Positions 1 to 13,281 of a DNA stretch of 64,000 bases are shown here, piece by piece; position 1 is the first letter of the stretch; each line of letters opens with the position of its first letter. The stretch lies in NCBI GenBank assembly GCA_039028615.1, contig JBCCHT010000021.1, forward strand, positions 64,001 through 128,000. Reading direction: 5' to 3'. This DNA is from Myxococcota bacterium (lineage in GTDB: Bacteria; Myxococcota_A; Polyangia; Nannocystales; Nannocystaceae). The notes under the pieces are model-generated. The model saw only the letters and a program-made list of their open reading frames with translations. It was not told the DNA's origin and did not search any database. The position numbers were made by a program, and so were the translations under genes.

Positions 1-1
1 G

Positions 2-304
2 ACGTCTCCCCTCGTCCTCGACGCCAAGGTCCACCTCTGTGGAAGCGGGAAACTTCAGTCGGGTCGTGCCGAGGTTCCGTTCGGAGCGGAGCGCGACCTC
101 ATCGCGTCCGACGCTCCTTACGTCGTGCTGATTACCCCGACCGATCAATGCAATGGCGTCTGCGTCCCGCACAAGAGCGCGGAGGGATTCGCCGTGCAGG
201 AACTCGGAGGGGGCACCAGCGACGCGACGTTCGACTGGCTCGTCATCGCCCCGAAGCGCCACACCCTCGACCACGACGCGACCCACCCGCTGCCACAGGA
301 GTAG
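2..304 (+). CDS. 3' end of a gene running in from the left edge; C-terminal domain of the type seen on tail-fibre-like/surface proteins
   Basis: Frame 2 is open from the window edge to TAG 302-304: ...GSGKLQSGRAEVPF...PYVVLITPTDQCNGVCVPHKSAEGFAVQELGGGTSDATFDWLVIAPKR. Not in the ORF track because it has no start in the window. Confidence 0.6.
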   Translation, partial: TSPLVLDAKVHLCGSGKLQSGRAEVPFGAERDLIASDAPYVVLITPTDQCNGVCVPHKSAEGFAVQELGGGTSDATFDWLVIAPKRHTLDHDATHPLPQE

Positions 305-355
305 GGAGAGCACGCCAAAACGGAGCGCGGGTCTCGTCGATGGTACAGTCGGCGA

Positions 356-655
356 ATGCGGGCTGTTGTCCCTCCCTACATGGTTCCGACGGTGGAACTG
401 CTGCGGAGGGCGTTCCCGAGCGGCATACCCGAATGTGACCTCCTGCCTCTGATGGCGGTACTGGGCGACGCGGGAATGTCGAATCGAAGTGTGGCCGCTG
501 CGGTCGGGTACTACTACGGGAAGGACTCCACGGCGTTTTCCTACCAGGCGCACATCTGCACCGTGGATGAGACCGTCTCTGACCTGACCAAGTTTGCCAT
601 TCGAGAGTACCTCCGTAAGTTCGGGTTCGACGACTGGGTCGCGTCGTCGACATGA
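356..655 (+). CDS. small hypothetical protein, DUF3349-like
   Basis: AFPSGIPECDLLPLMAVL resembles the P-x-G-(V/I)-P-x-x-D-x-x-P-L motif of DUF3349; normal protein composition. Confidence 0.55.
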   Translation: MRAVVPPYMVPTVELLRRAFPSGIPECDLLPLMAVLGDAGMSNRSVAAAVGYYYGKDSTAFSYQAHICTVDETVSDLTKFAIREYLRKFGFDDWVASST

Positions 656-670
656 AGCCGCTGGCGGGCG

Positions 671-885
671 ACGAAGTAGCAGCGAAACGCGACCATCGGG
701 CGTGAGGCGCTCCGGTGCCTCGGGCGCGGCCGCGACGGGAAGTTTGGCGCTGGTATTGGCTCGGTCGCGAAGCTGATGGAACTCGATGTCGTTCAGGCGG
801 CTCCACGCTCGCCGAACATGAACGTGTCGCGCGAGCGCTTCCACGCAAGCGTGAGGCGCGAATGCCTCGACCATGCCCTCATGGC
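671..885 (+). pseudogene. degenerate IS integrase-core (rve-type transposase) fragment
   Basis: One frame reads *QRNATIGREALRCLGRGRDGKFGAG...VVQAAPRSPNMNVSRERFHASVRRECLDH, matching the DRDxKF...PxxPxxNxxxERFxxSxRRECLDH integrase core. In-frame TAG at 677-679; similarity lost after CLDH. Confidence 0.75.
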
Positions 886-902
886 CGATGCGCCCCGTGG
901 AC

Positions 903-930
903 GTGATCCGACCCGCGAGGTCTGGGAACT
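903..930 (+). promoter_or_regulatory. putative ECF-type promoter GTGATCC-N15-GGAACT
   Basis: Lies 11 nt before ATG 942; the same architecture recurs at 5987-6014 and 37531-37558. Confidence 0.4.
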
Positions 931-941
931 GGACACATGTC

Positions 942-3900
942 ATGCGTTCGTTCTCGTTGCCCCCACTCGTCACCGCTTTGGGCCTTGTCGCCGCGTGCAC
1001 GGCCACGGAGGACCCCATCGGAGCCCTCGAGCCCGATCCGTCGCCCTCGGCCGGCGCCACTGATTTCGCGGCGGCGAGCGTGCCTCCAGCGGATTCGGTA
1101 CCCGCATCGTGTCAGGATACGGCTGACGCGGAGGCATGTTGCGCTCCGGGTGAGGTCCTCGTCGAAGGCACGCCGGGCGACGACGTGCTCGACCACGGTG
1201 CCGGTACGGACACGCACTGTGTGTTCGCGTTCGAGGGCGATGACTCCGTCGATCTCGGCAGCTCCGGCGGGCGGGCGTTGCTCGGGTCCGGCGACGACCA
1301 GTTCTCCGGCGCCAGCGGTTCCGAGCTCGTGCTCGGCGGCTCGGGTGCCGACGTGATCATGGGCTATGCCGGCGACGACGAGCTGCACGGAGGCCTGCAG
1401 GGGGACGCGCTGCTCGGAGGCTACGGCGACGATGTCTTGGTGCCCGGCCCCGGTCTCGACTACGTCGACGGAGGCATGGGCAACGACGTCATCTACATCA
1501 ACCATGCATGCGAGATCGAGCCGGGCGAGTGGATCGACGGCGGCCGCGGACGAGACACCCTCGTGTCGCCCCTGTCGTTCGACGAACTCATCGCGCTCGG
1601 AGTCACGGTGGACGGCATCGAGAAGCTCGTCATCGGCTCCGATCCCTGCGCGTCGGAGTGCTCGGAGCCGCCCGAGTGCGGCGAGCACGGGGAGTGCGTC
1701 CCCGACGACGACGGGGAGGCGATGTGCTCGTGCGAGGAGGGCTTCACCGGCCCGGAGTGCGACATCCCGTGCGAGGAGGGGGTCTCCTGCGAGCTGAAGG
1801 TCTTCTACCACTCCAACGGCACGGTCAACGGCGCGATCATGCGCGGTGGTCTGCTCTTCGAGGCGGAGGATGAAGCCGGGGCTCACCTCGGGCTCAAGCA
1901 ATGGCTCGCCGAGCACCACGAGCTGGTCCAGATCGATTCGACCGAGACTCTCGATGTTTTCGAGGATCTCGTGCTGACCGAGCCGGACTTCCGCGAGCAC
2001 GGGGGGCTGCGACTGCTGAAGCTGGAGCAGACCTACCGGGGCCACCGCATCATCGGTCCCGAAGCCCAGATGACGGCCACGTTCGCGCCAGGCAAGGGCG
2101 TGCTCTCGTTCGCGGGCACCGTGGTCGATCCGCGGGTCGACTTCGAGGGCTTCGACCAGCCCGTCTCGCAGCAGCTGGCGGAGCAGGCGATCCTCGACCG
2201 CTGGCAGGAGGTCGGCGACATGCTCGTCGGGGTCTCCGTGGTCGGCATGGAGCTGGTCGCGGTACCGCAGCATCAATCGATGGGGTGGTTCGGCATCGTG
2301 GCTCGCCCGGCGGCGCCTCCATTCTCCGATAGCAACGAGTACGGATACGTCGTGGTGCCTGCCGCTCCGGATTCCGCCGGTGGCGTGCGACCGATCCTGC
2401 TCGCCTGGGGCTCGTTGCGACACCCCAGCCCCAGCGACCCCGCCGACATGGAGGTGCGCGCCAGCCCGTTCACCGACGACATCGGCGAGGTCGTCGACAG
2501 CACGATGTGGAGCTCGTTGCCGACCGGGGGCCCGCTCGAGGGCTCCACGTTCACGCCCAACGGGATGGACCTCGGCTACAAGCTCGGAAACTCTCGGCTG
2601 CAGATCTACGACGCCGAGGGCATGCAGGTCCCGACGGTGGTGGAGCCCATGGTGGCGCCCGAGCCGATGTTCGGGGCACCGCGTGCGGCGGTGGACGAGT
2701 GGAACATGCAGAACACGTTCATGCACCTCGCGGCGGCGACCGAGCTCATCGATCCGATCAAGGAGGGCAACTGGGACTACGACAAGGAGCGCTGGCCGGA
2801 GGGCGTCGATGCCAACCGCGTGGCCAACCTGGTCGCGTTCGTGAACGCTGGTTCCGGCTCCTGCCCCAGTCAGGGGCAGTGCTACACGACTCCGCTATGG
2901 TCGGACGCTCCCAAGTGGGCCGACGCCGACCACGAGTTCTTCCGCGCCGATGCGCCAGGGCAGGCCATCGCTCGGCAGCCGCTCATCTCGCTGACGATCG
3001 ACGTCCCGGACGTGACTCTGCACGAGTTCGGCCACTACTTCGACGACTTCTCGTCCGCCGACATCATGTCCGCCGATGCTCCGGTCGGTGACTGCCCTCC
3101 GTGGGCGATGTCCATCGCGGACTGCAACCCGGGCTGTCATGCCGACACGACCGACGAATCCCGGCCGCTGTTGGAGACCGTCGCGTGCATCTCGGCGCAG
3201 ACGCTCGCCTCCAACATCTACAGCGACATCGATTTCGACAGCAACTGTGGGGCGGCGTACGATACGGGGGACTGGAACAACGCGCTCACGGGCGTGCCCG
3301 TGGCGTCACCCAATTGCATGGTCGACGAGTCGCAGTTCCAGCACTTCGACGATACTCGCCCCGTCGTCCCGGGCCCCAATGGCTGGTACTGCAGCCAGAT
3401 GGAGGGCTACGAGCAAGGTGCGGTCATGCAAGCGTGGTGGTCGATCATTCACGGCAAGGTCTGCCTGGGTCAGGCTCCGTGGACCTGTGACGACATCGAA
3501 GGGCTCGACGATCCGAAACATGCCGCCCTCGAAGCGCTGCACTACGGCCTGTCGCTGAGCAACGAGCAGTGGTACGAGATGTTCTTCGAGAACATCGGGG
3601 TGTACTACGCGTGCGAGTTCGGGCCCCAGACCTACGCGGACTACGTGCAGGTGATGTCCAACCACGGACTCATGGAGGCCAACACGCCGCCGCCCGTATG
3701 CCCCGACATCTGCGGCGATGGCATCGTCGGTCCGAACGAGGCCTGCGACGATGGCAACAACAACAACGGCGACGGCTGCAGCGCGAGCTGCTGGCCGGAG
3801 CCAAACGGAGGCGGTGGGGGAGGCGGCAACGGCCTGCTCGACGGCGACCCCTGCGACGAGCTGTGGGACTACCCGGGCGGCACGGGCCTGACCGACCGCC

Positions 3901-4448
3901 CCTGGGGCAGCGCCCAGAACACCGAAGAGGAGCTGTACTACCACTGGTGCGGCGCCGACCCGAACCTCACCTGCGTGGTGGAGAACGACCAGCACGTGTG
4001 CCGTTCCTGCGGCATGGACAAACTGCCCGGTTGCTACTGCGAGTCCGACTTCGAGTGCCAGTCACTCGATCCGCAGGCCAAGTGCTATGGCCCCGGCCTG
4101 CACGGCCCCGAGTTCGGCTGCTTCGTGCCCAACGAGGCTCCGGTCTACGCCTGCCTCGAGCCCTGCCAGACCAACGGCAAGGTCTGCGCGTGGGATCCGG
4201 GCGAGTTCATGAGCGGCACCTGCTTCAACGAGTACTGCCTCGAGCCCGGACCGGACTTTGCTTGCGAGCGAGACGTGGGGGTGGAGTGCTTCGAGGAGGC
4301 CGAGCTGTGCTACCTGCCGGGCCAGCCCTCCTGTGAAGACGATGGCCTGCCCTGCGATGGTGGGGCCGGGATGTGCTCGCTTCGCTGGAGTGGTCAGGTC
4401 TACGAGTGCTGCCACGACGGGTGTCTCATCCCGCTGAACGCGAGCTGA
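942..4448 (+). CDS. secreted multidomain lipoprotein zinc metalloprotease (M4/M36-like): RTX Ca-binding repeats, EGF-like, FTP-like propeptide, HExxH domain, myxobacterial Cys-rich repeat
   Basis: Lipobox LVAAC after ATG 942; GGxGxD repeats; CSCEEGFTGPEC; LEQTYRGHRIIG (FTP-like); LHEFGH plus ESRPLLE third ligand; CGDGIVGPNEACDDGN; Cys-rich tail. Confidence 0.8.
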   Translation: MRSFSLPPLVTALGLVAACTATEDPIGALEPDPSPSAGATDFAAASVPPADSVPASCQDTADAEACCAPGEVLVEGTPGDDVLDHGAGTDTHCVFAFEGDDSVDLGSSGGRALLGSGDDQFSGASGSELVLGGSGADVIMGYAGDDELHGGLQGDALLGGYGDDVLVPGPGLDYVDGGMGNDVIYINHACEIEPGEWIDGGRGRDTLVSPLSFDELIALGVTVDGIEKLVIGSDPCASECSEPPECGEHGECVPDDDGEAMCSCEEGFTGPECDIPCEEGVSCELKVFYHSNGTVNGAIMRGGLLFEAEDEAGAHLGLKQWLAEHHELVQIDSTETLDVFEDLVLTEPDFREHGGLRLLKLEQTYRGHRIIGPEAQMTATFAPGKGVLSFAGTVVDPRVDFEGFDQPVSQQLAEQAILDRWQEVGDMLVGVSVVGMELVAVPQHQSMGWFGIVARPAAPPFSDSNEYGYVVVPAAPDSAGGVRPILLAWGSLRHPSPSDPADMEVRASPFTDDIGEVVDSTMWSSLPTGGPLEGSTFTPNGMDLGYKLGNSRLQIYDAEGMQVPTVVEPMVAPEPMFGAPRAAVDEWNMQNTFMHLAAATELIDPIKEGNWDYDKERWPEGVDANRVANLVAFVNAGSGSCPSQGQCYTTPLWSDAPKWADADHEFFRADAPGQAIARQPLISLTIDVPDVTLHEFGHYFDDFSSADIMSADAPVGDCPPWAMSIADCNPGCHADTTDESRPLLETVACISAQTLASNIYSDIDFDSNCGAAYDTGDWNNALTGVPVASPNCMVDESQFQHFDDTRPVVPGPNGWYCSQMEGYEQGAVMQAWWSIIHGKVCLGQAPWTCDDIEGLDDPKHAALEALHYGLSLSNEQWYEMFFENIGVYYACEFGPQTYADYVQVMSNHGLMEANTPPPVCPDICGDGIVGPNEACDDGNNNNGDGCSASCWPEPNGGGGGGGNGLLDGDPCDELWDYPGGTGLTDRPWGSAQNTEEELYYHWCGADPNLTCVVENDQHVCRSCGMDKLPGCYCESDFECQSLDPQAKCYGPGLHGPEFGCFVPNEAPVYACLEPCQTNGKVCAWDPGEFMSGTCFNEYCLEPGPDFACERDVGVECFEEAELCYLPGQPSCEDDGLPCDGGAGMCSLRWSGQVYECCHDGCLIPLNAS

Positions 4449-4616
4449 GGGAAGGGGAGCGGGAGGTGTCGAAGAGGCTGCCTCGTGAGACCCGACCGCT
4501 CTCCATGAACTCGGAAGCGCTTTGCGTCGACATTGAAGTTCGGGCTCCGAGAGGGCAATCGAACGACCCTCGTGCCGGTCGAGCAGGCTTGCCTGTCGCC
4601 GGCTCGGGTTCTTTCG

Positions 4617-5954
4617 TCACCGCGACGACTGAAGGACTGCGAGCGCATGGCCGGTCATGTCGCCGTCGTACCAGGGGGAGAGGGTGCGGCTCGGGAGTTC
4701 CGAGTAGGTGTCTGTGTCTCCCGTGATTGGATCCACGCGGTGGGCCGAGCCGTCTTCGAGGTTCCAGACATCGCCATCGCGGTCGATGGCCACGCCCCCA
4801 GAGGTCGGTGTGGGCCATGTGGCCTCGACCGTCAGCGTATGTCGATCGACGCCGATGAGGCCCGTCGGCGAGGAGACCCACAGGAGTCCGTCCTGCCCCC
4901 CTTCCGCCATACACGAGCGCCATCCTCCCACGTTGGCGGTCTGGAACAGCTCGGTCGCGGGATCGAAGCGGGCGACTGCCCCGCCGCACAACCACACGTA
5001 GCCTTCGCTATCCACGGTCACGCTTCGCGCGGTATCGGCCGGTGGGATGATGATCTGGTAGTCCAGCGTTTCAGCGTCGACACGGATGAAGCGGCGAGTG
5101 CCGATAATGCCTCCATAGACAGCCCACAAGTTGTCGTCCACGTCGACGGCCGAACCGATGATGAGGGAACTCGGATCGGGCAAGCCTTGGAGGGTCACGA
5201 GGTCGAGTTCCACGCCCGTTTCTCCGTCGAGCAACAGCACGTGGTCTCCGCCGTTCCACTTACCTGTGGACCACACGAGTTCATCTTGCTGTTCACACGT
5301 CTCGGGATCTTGCTTGCCTCGCGTCCAGGCCACGGTGTGGTAGCGAGGGTAGTCGTCGTTCGTCCAGGCGATGCATTCGTCGGTGCCAAACGTGAGCATG
5401 CCGCTGGTCGAGGTGTCGATGACTCCGTTGCCGTTGGAGTCGACGCAGTCGGTGACGTCGGCGTAGATTTTCGAGACTCGGCCGTAAGCTTGTTCGGACA
5501 CCACGGCGTCTCCCGAGAGGTTCACGGAGACGTGGGTCGTCAACCCCGGGCCGCCACCGAGCGGTGCGAACGCGAAGCGGCCGGTCTCCGTGAGCGATTG
5601 CGTGTCGATCCGCGAGACGACCGGGTTTGTTCCGCTGTGAACCCAGATCGAGCCCTGGGCTTCGGGGGCAGAACACGGAATGGGAGGGGCGTCGGGAACG
5701 GTGCCCTGGTCGAAGAAGACAGGCGGGTCTTCGCCATCGGAGCTGTTTCCACCGGTCGTCCCAATGGTTTCGGCACCACTGGTGGAGTCGATGCCGGTCG
5801 AGCCACCAAGGCTCGTCGTGTCGTCGCTCCCTGAGCTCGCGTGGCCAGCGGACCCATCCGAGCTCGCTGGGGGCAGAGCATCGGTGATCGGTTGCCCTAC
5901 GTCACCGCAGCCCGCGAGGAGCGCGAGAATCCAGCAGCGACAAACCCACGGCAT
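4617..5954 (-). CDS. myxobacterial lipoprotein with Vgb-lyase-like beta-propeller
   Basis: Start moved to MPWVCRCWILALLAGC (lipobox); S/T/G linker; IWVHS...VSRIDTQSLTETGRF, AVDVDDNLW, VAIDRDGDVW blades; ends DGDMTG..L. Confidence 0.75.
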   Translation of the reverse strand: MPWVCRCWILALLAGCGDVGQPITDALPPASSDGSAGHASSGSDDTTSLGGSTGIDSTSGAETIGTTGGNSSDGEDPPVFFDQGTVPDAPPIPCSAPEAQGSIWVHSGTNPVVSRIDTQSLTETGRFAFAPLGGGPGLTTHVSVNLSGDAVVSEQAYGRVSKIYADVTDCVDSNGNGVIDTSTSGMLTFGTDECIAWTNDDYPRYHTVAWTRGKQDPETCEQQDELVWSTGKWNGGDHVLLLDGETGVELDLVTLQGLPDPSSLIIGSAVDVDDNLWAVYGGIIGTRRFIRVDAETLDYQIIIPPADTARSVTVDSEGYVWLCGGAVARFDPATELFQTANVGGWRSCMAEGGQDGLLWVSSPTGLIGVDRHTLTVEATWPTPTSGGVAIDRDGDVWNLEDGSAHRVDPITGDTDTYSELPSRTLSPWYDGDMTGHALAVLQSSR

Positions 5955-5986
5955 GGTCGAACCTCGGTGTGCACCCATATCCGCAC

Positions 5987-6014
5987 AGGTCCGTGTAGGC
6001 GGCGGGCGGATCAC
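5987..6014 (-). promoter_or_regulatory. putative ECF-type promoter GTGATCC-N15-GGACCT
   Basis: Minus-strand motif 32 nt upstream of ATG 5954. Confidence 0.4.
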
Positions 6015-6066
6015 TGGTTGGCCGAACAAAACTCGAGTTTGTCGAAAGAGTGTCTGGGAGCGCGTC

Positions 6067-6082
6067 AAAAAAGGGGGGGGGG
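6067..6082. repeat. A6-G10 homopolymer tract
   Basis: aaaaaa 6067-6072 followed by ten G at 6073-6082, intergenic. Confidence 0.9.
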
Positions 6083-6190
6083 CGCCTGTTGCGCTTTTCT
6101 GCGATTCGGCAACGTGCCCCGCTGCGAGGAACGGAACGAGTTCGATCGCATCCGCGCTCAAGGCCAGGTCCCGAACGCCTCGCACCAGCG

Positions 6191-6943
6191 CTAGAAATGT
6201 TCGACCCTCGAAATCCCACGGGGCGCATCGCCGAGCCACGCCCGGTGCCCGTACTTCGCCTGCAGGCGACGGCCTGCGTCCGGGTAGTTGACGTGATGGA
6301 TCATGCCCATCTCTTCGGCGATTTGAGGCGTGGGGTCTGCCGCCACATTTCCGTTGAACACCAGGTGAGCCAGCCGAGGCAGATTCGTACTCGCGGCGAG
6401 GGCTTCGAGCCCTTCCTCCGTGATGCCGTTGTGCGAGAGATCCAGCCACCGCAACGTGCCGAGGTGAGGCGAGCTGGCCACTGCTCGTGCTCCATCGTCG
6501 CCGATCCCACCGCTGAGCACGAGTGAACGCAACCCGTGCAGATGGGGACTCGCGCAGACCTGGCCGATGACTGCCTTCGCGTCGAGGAGCTTCAGATCCA
6601 AGATGGGCGCGCGAGACAGCAGGGCCTCGGCATGAGTCAGAAACTCGGTCGCGTCGATGAGAACACTCTGGATGAACCCTCGACCCAGACTGGCGGCCTT
6701 GGCTGGCGGCATGACCATGGCTTGGAGCCGCGGCCGTACGGACATCTCGAGGCGACGCGACCGATCCCGCAGGTCCCGAGGCGCGAGACTGGGGTCCGAA
6801 ACTCGAGCCCACTCGACCTGGAGCCGAATGAGTTCGGCATGATCCGGTTCGGAGTCGGCAATTGCGTCGGCATACGACAAACGCAGGTCGTCGTTGCCTC
6901 GGTCGGCGAGAATCGAATCGAACAACGCTTGCAGATCGGGCAC
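6191..6943 (-). CDS. TIGR02996 domain protein with leucine-rich repeats
   Basis: LFDSILADRGNDDLRLSYADAI...HAELIRLQVE, then LRWLDLSHNGITEEG LRRs; GTG start after GGAAGGGAG RBS. Confidence 0.85.
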   Translation of the reverse strand: MPDLQALFDSILADRGNDDLRLSYADAIADSEPDHAELIRLQVEWARVSDPSLAPRDLRDRSRRLEMSVRPRLQAMVMPPAKAASLGRGFIQSVLIDATEFLTHAEALLSRAPILDLKLLDAKAVIGQVCASPHLHGLRSLVLSGGIGDDGARAVASSPHLGTLRWLDLSHNGITEEGLEALAASTNLPRLAHLVFNGNVAADPTPQIAEEMGMIHHVNYPDAGRRLQAKYGHRAWLGDAPRGISRVEHF

Positions 6944-6966
6944 GAGGCTCCCTTCCAGGAGCGACG

Positions 6967-10851
<3,885 letters not shown>

Positions 10852-10990
10852 GATGGCGGAGCCCAACCTTGGCACGGCGAGCGCCCGGGTCCTACCCATG
10901 ACGGGCCGCGTCCCCAACGAGGCCGCAAGGCTACGGCTTACAGGGGGGACCGTGGGGTGGGACCCTCGTTCGTGGGAGCCAGCGTTGGCA

Positions 10991-11920
10991 TCACGAGTCC
11001 AGGGAGCCGTTGGGGATCAGCGACTCGAATATGGCGAAGAAATCGCGGACGACCGTGGTCAGGCGGCGTGCCCACGCCAGGTTGGCGTTCCGCTCCGGCA
11101 CCGCGGCCCACAAACCGACATCCCCACCCAGGGTTCCGGGCAGGACCTCGACCTCGTCGGGCTCGAGGCCGGCAATCGGAATGACGTAGGGCAAGCTCGG
11201 CACCAGCACGAGGGCCGTGCCGCGCTGGGCAATGGCGTGCAGGACGTGCAGGTCGTCGAGGACGATGGTGGGCGTGAGCGGTAGCGCCCCGCCGTCGCGC
11301 AACAGCACGCTGGTCCCTTCGCCCGAGGTCATCAGTGCACCCTCCCAGGCCCATACGGTGTGGTGTTCGAGGTCGTCGACGCTGGTGGGCGTGCCGTGGC
11401 GTTCGAGGTAGGCGGATGACGCCCGAAAGGTGTAGCGCATGGGGAGCAGCTGGAAGACGCGGTAGTCGCCCAGCCGCGGGCGGCCGATGCTGATGATGAG
11501 GTCGGGTTGCCGGTCGAGGCCGTGCCGGAACGGGTTGGCCTGGGTATAGACGTGCAAGTGGATGCCAGGCATGCGCTTGCTCCAATGCTCCAGGAAGATT
11601 GCCGCTTGAATCGGAGCGACACCGGGGGAGCTCGCGATCGTGATCGGCCGGGTCGGGGTCTCCAGCTCGAAACGCACGGCCGCATCCAGTTGAGCGGCCT
11701 GACGCAGCAAGGCCTCCGCTCCGGTGGCGAGCCGTGCCCCCGCCTCGGTGGGCAGCGCCCCGTCTCGTGAAATCGTCAGCAAGGGCGTGCCGAAGTCGGC
11801 CTCCAGCGCCTCCAGGCGTCGGTTGAGGGTCGTACGTGGCACCCCGAGCTGAGACGCAGCCCGGTTGATGGAACCAGCGTTGATCACCTCGACCAGAGCG
11901 CGCAGTTCGTCCAGCGTCAT
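10991..11920 (-). CDS. LysR-family transcriptional regulator
   Basis: LDELRALVEVINAGSINRAASQLGVPRTTLNRRLEALE HTH; AAGGAG RBS before ATG 11920; divergent from the M57 protease. Confidence 0.92.
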   Translation of the reverse strand: MTLDELRALVEVINAGSINRAASQLGVPRTTLNRRLEALEADFGTPLLTISRDGALPTEAGARLATGAEALLRQAAQLDAAVRFELETPTRPITIASSPGVAPIQAAIFLEHWSKRMPGIHLHVYTQANPFRHGLDRQPDLIISIGRPRLGDYRVFQLLPMRYTFRASSAYLERHGTPTSVDDLEHHTVWAWEGALMTSGEGTSVLLRDGGALPLTPTIVLDDLHVLHAIAQRGTALVLVPSLPYVIPIAGLEPDEVEVLPGTLGGDVGLWAAVPERNANLAWARRLTTVVRDFFAIFESLIPNGSLDS

Positions 11921-12043
11921 GGGTCTCCTTCCTTGTCCGAATCTGGATAAAGGTACCCCATCTGTGGGCATGCCCGGGGATGGTCAACCGATGCCGATAA
12001 CCGGACAGGGCGAAGGGGGCGCTCGCGTGACACATACCTAGCA

Positions 12044-13249
12044 ATGACCAAGTGCCCCGTATTCATCTCTATGTGCCTGCTCGCCACCATTGCCTGCGAG
12101 CCCGATTCCGAGGAGATCATGGACTCCTCGCGCGACGAGACCGAGGAGATCCTCGAGCACCTCGCGGCCGTGGGCTTCTCCGACGATTATGTCGATGTCG
12201 ACGACAACGGCCACGTGTTCGTGGGGGGCGATATCCACGTCACCCTTTCGGCCGCCCGTGAAATGGCCCCCCAGGCCTCTGACGATGGCGAGGGATTTCG
12301 CCAGTATCGGTCGACCAACCTGGTGGACGACGATGTCATCTGCGTCGACGCCTCGGTCTATACCAACAACGACAGGCTCGACGCGATCGACGGCGCGATC
12401 CATCGCTTCAACGGCCAGGCGCTGGACTTCGAGATCCGTCGCGTGAGCGGCTCAGAGCCGGACTGCGACACCGTCATCACCGTGAACGAGATCAACGGGA
12501 CCGGGGGCTCTGCCGGGTTCCCCTCCGACGGCCACGCCTACGACACGATCAACATGGGTGACGACGTGTGGTCGGAGTTCGGCCAAGTCCGGTTCCGCCA
12601 CCTGTTCATGCACGAACTCGGGCACACCATCGGCTTCCGGCACACCGACTACTACAACCGCTCGATCAGCTGCGGCAAGGGGTGCAACGAAGGCGCCGGG
12701 ACCATGGGGGTCCACCACATCCCCGGCACGCCGACCACTGCGACCTCCAATGGCTCGGTCATGAATGCCTGCTACTCGATGAACAGCGACGGCGAGTGGT
12801 CGAACAACGACGTCACGGCCATCACCCACCTGTACGGCGTGAGCTTCTGCGATGCTTTCGATGGCCGTGAAATCTCGCTCAAGACCAGAGACGATCGTTT
12901 CGTGCGGGCCCGCGACGCCAGCAACAACTGGCGGCTCGATGCTCGCGATGGCAAGAACGACGACACCTCGTTCACGGTCGAGTGCACCAATGACATGGTC
13001 TGGCTACGGACCAGCCACGGCCGCTACGCCTCGCCCCAGGGCAGTGGCGACAGCTACATCATCCGCCAGCGAAGCGGGTGGAACAGCCAGGATTTCTTCG
13101 AGCCCATCCACTATCAAAACGGCCGGTGGGAGTTCGCGACTCGCTACAACCGTCTGATGCGGGCCCGGAACGGCAGCGACAACTGGAAGATCCGGCAAAG
13201 CAGCGCGAGCCAGTCGGACACGCGCTTTCGAGTCCACCTCGAGAACTAG
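12044..13249 (+). CDS. M57-family (HEIGH-type) metalloprotease lipoprotein with C-terminal fascin-like beta-trefoil
   Basis: LLATIAC lipobox; GGSAGFPS; HELGHTIGFRHTDY; SVMNAC Met-turn; three ISLKTRDDRFVRA / LRTSHGRYAS / FATRYNRLMRA repeats. Confidence 0.88.
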   Translation: MTKCPVFISMCLLATIACEPDSEEIMDSSRDETEEILEHLAAVGFSDDYVDVDDNGHVFVGGDIHVTLSAAREMAPQASDDGEGFRQYRSTNLVDDDVICVDASVYTNNDRLDAIDGAIHRFNGQALDFEIRRVSGSEPDCDTVITVNEINGTGGSAGFPSDGHAYDTINMGDDVWSEFGQVRFRHLFMHELGHTIGFRHTDYYNRSISCGKGCNEGAGTMGVHHIPGTPTTATSNGSVMNACYSMNSDGEWSNNDVTAITHLYGVSFCDAFDGREISLKTRDDRFVRARDASNNWRLDARDGKNDDTSFTVECTNDMVWLRTSHGRYASPQGSGDSYIIRQRSGWNSQDFFEPIHYQNGRWEFATRYNRLMRARNGSDNWKIRQSSASQSDTRFRVHLEN

Positions 13250-13281
13250 TCCTCGACGTCTACATCTCTCGGAGAACGATC

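Noticed and set aside
356..655. Toxin-immunity pair with the upstream partial gene
   Set aside because: The upstream C-terminus looks structural rather than a toxin tip; no evidence within the window.
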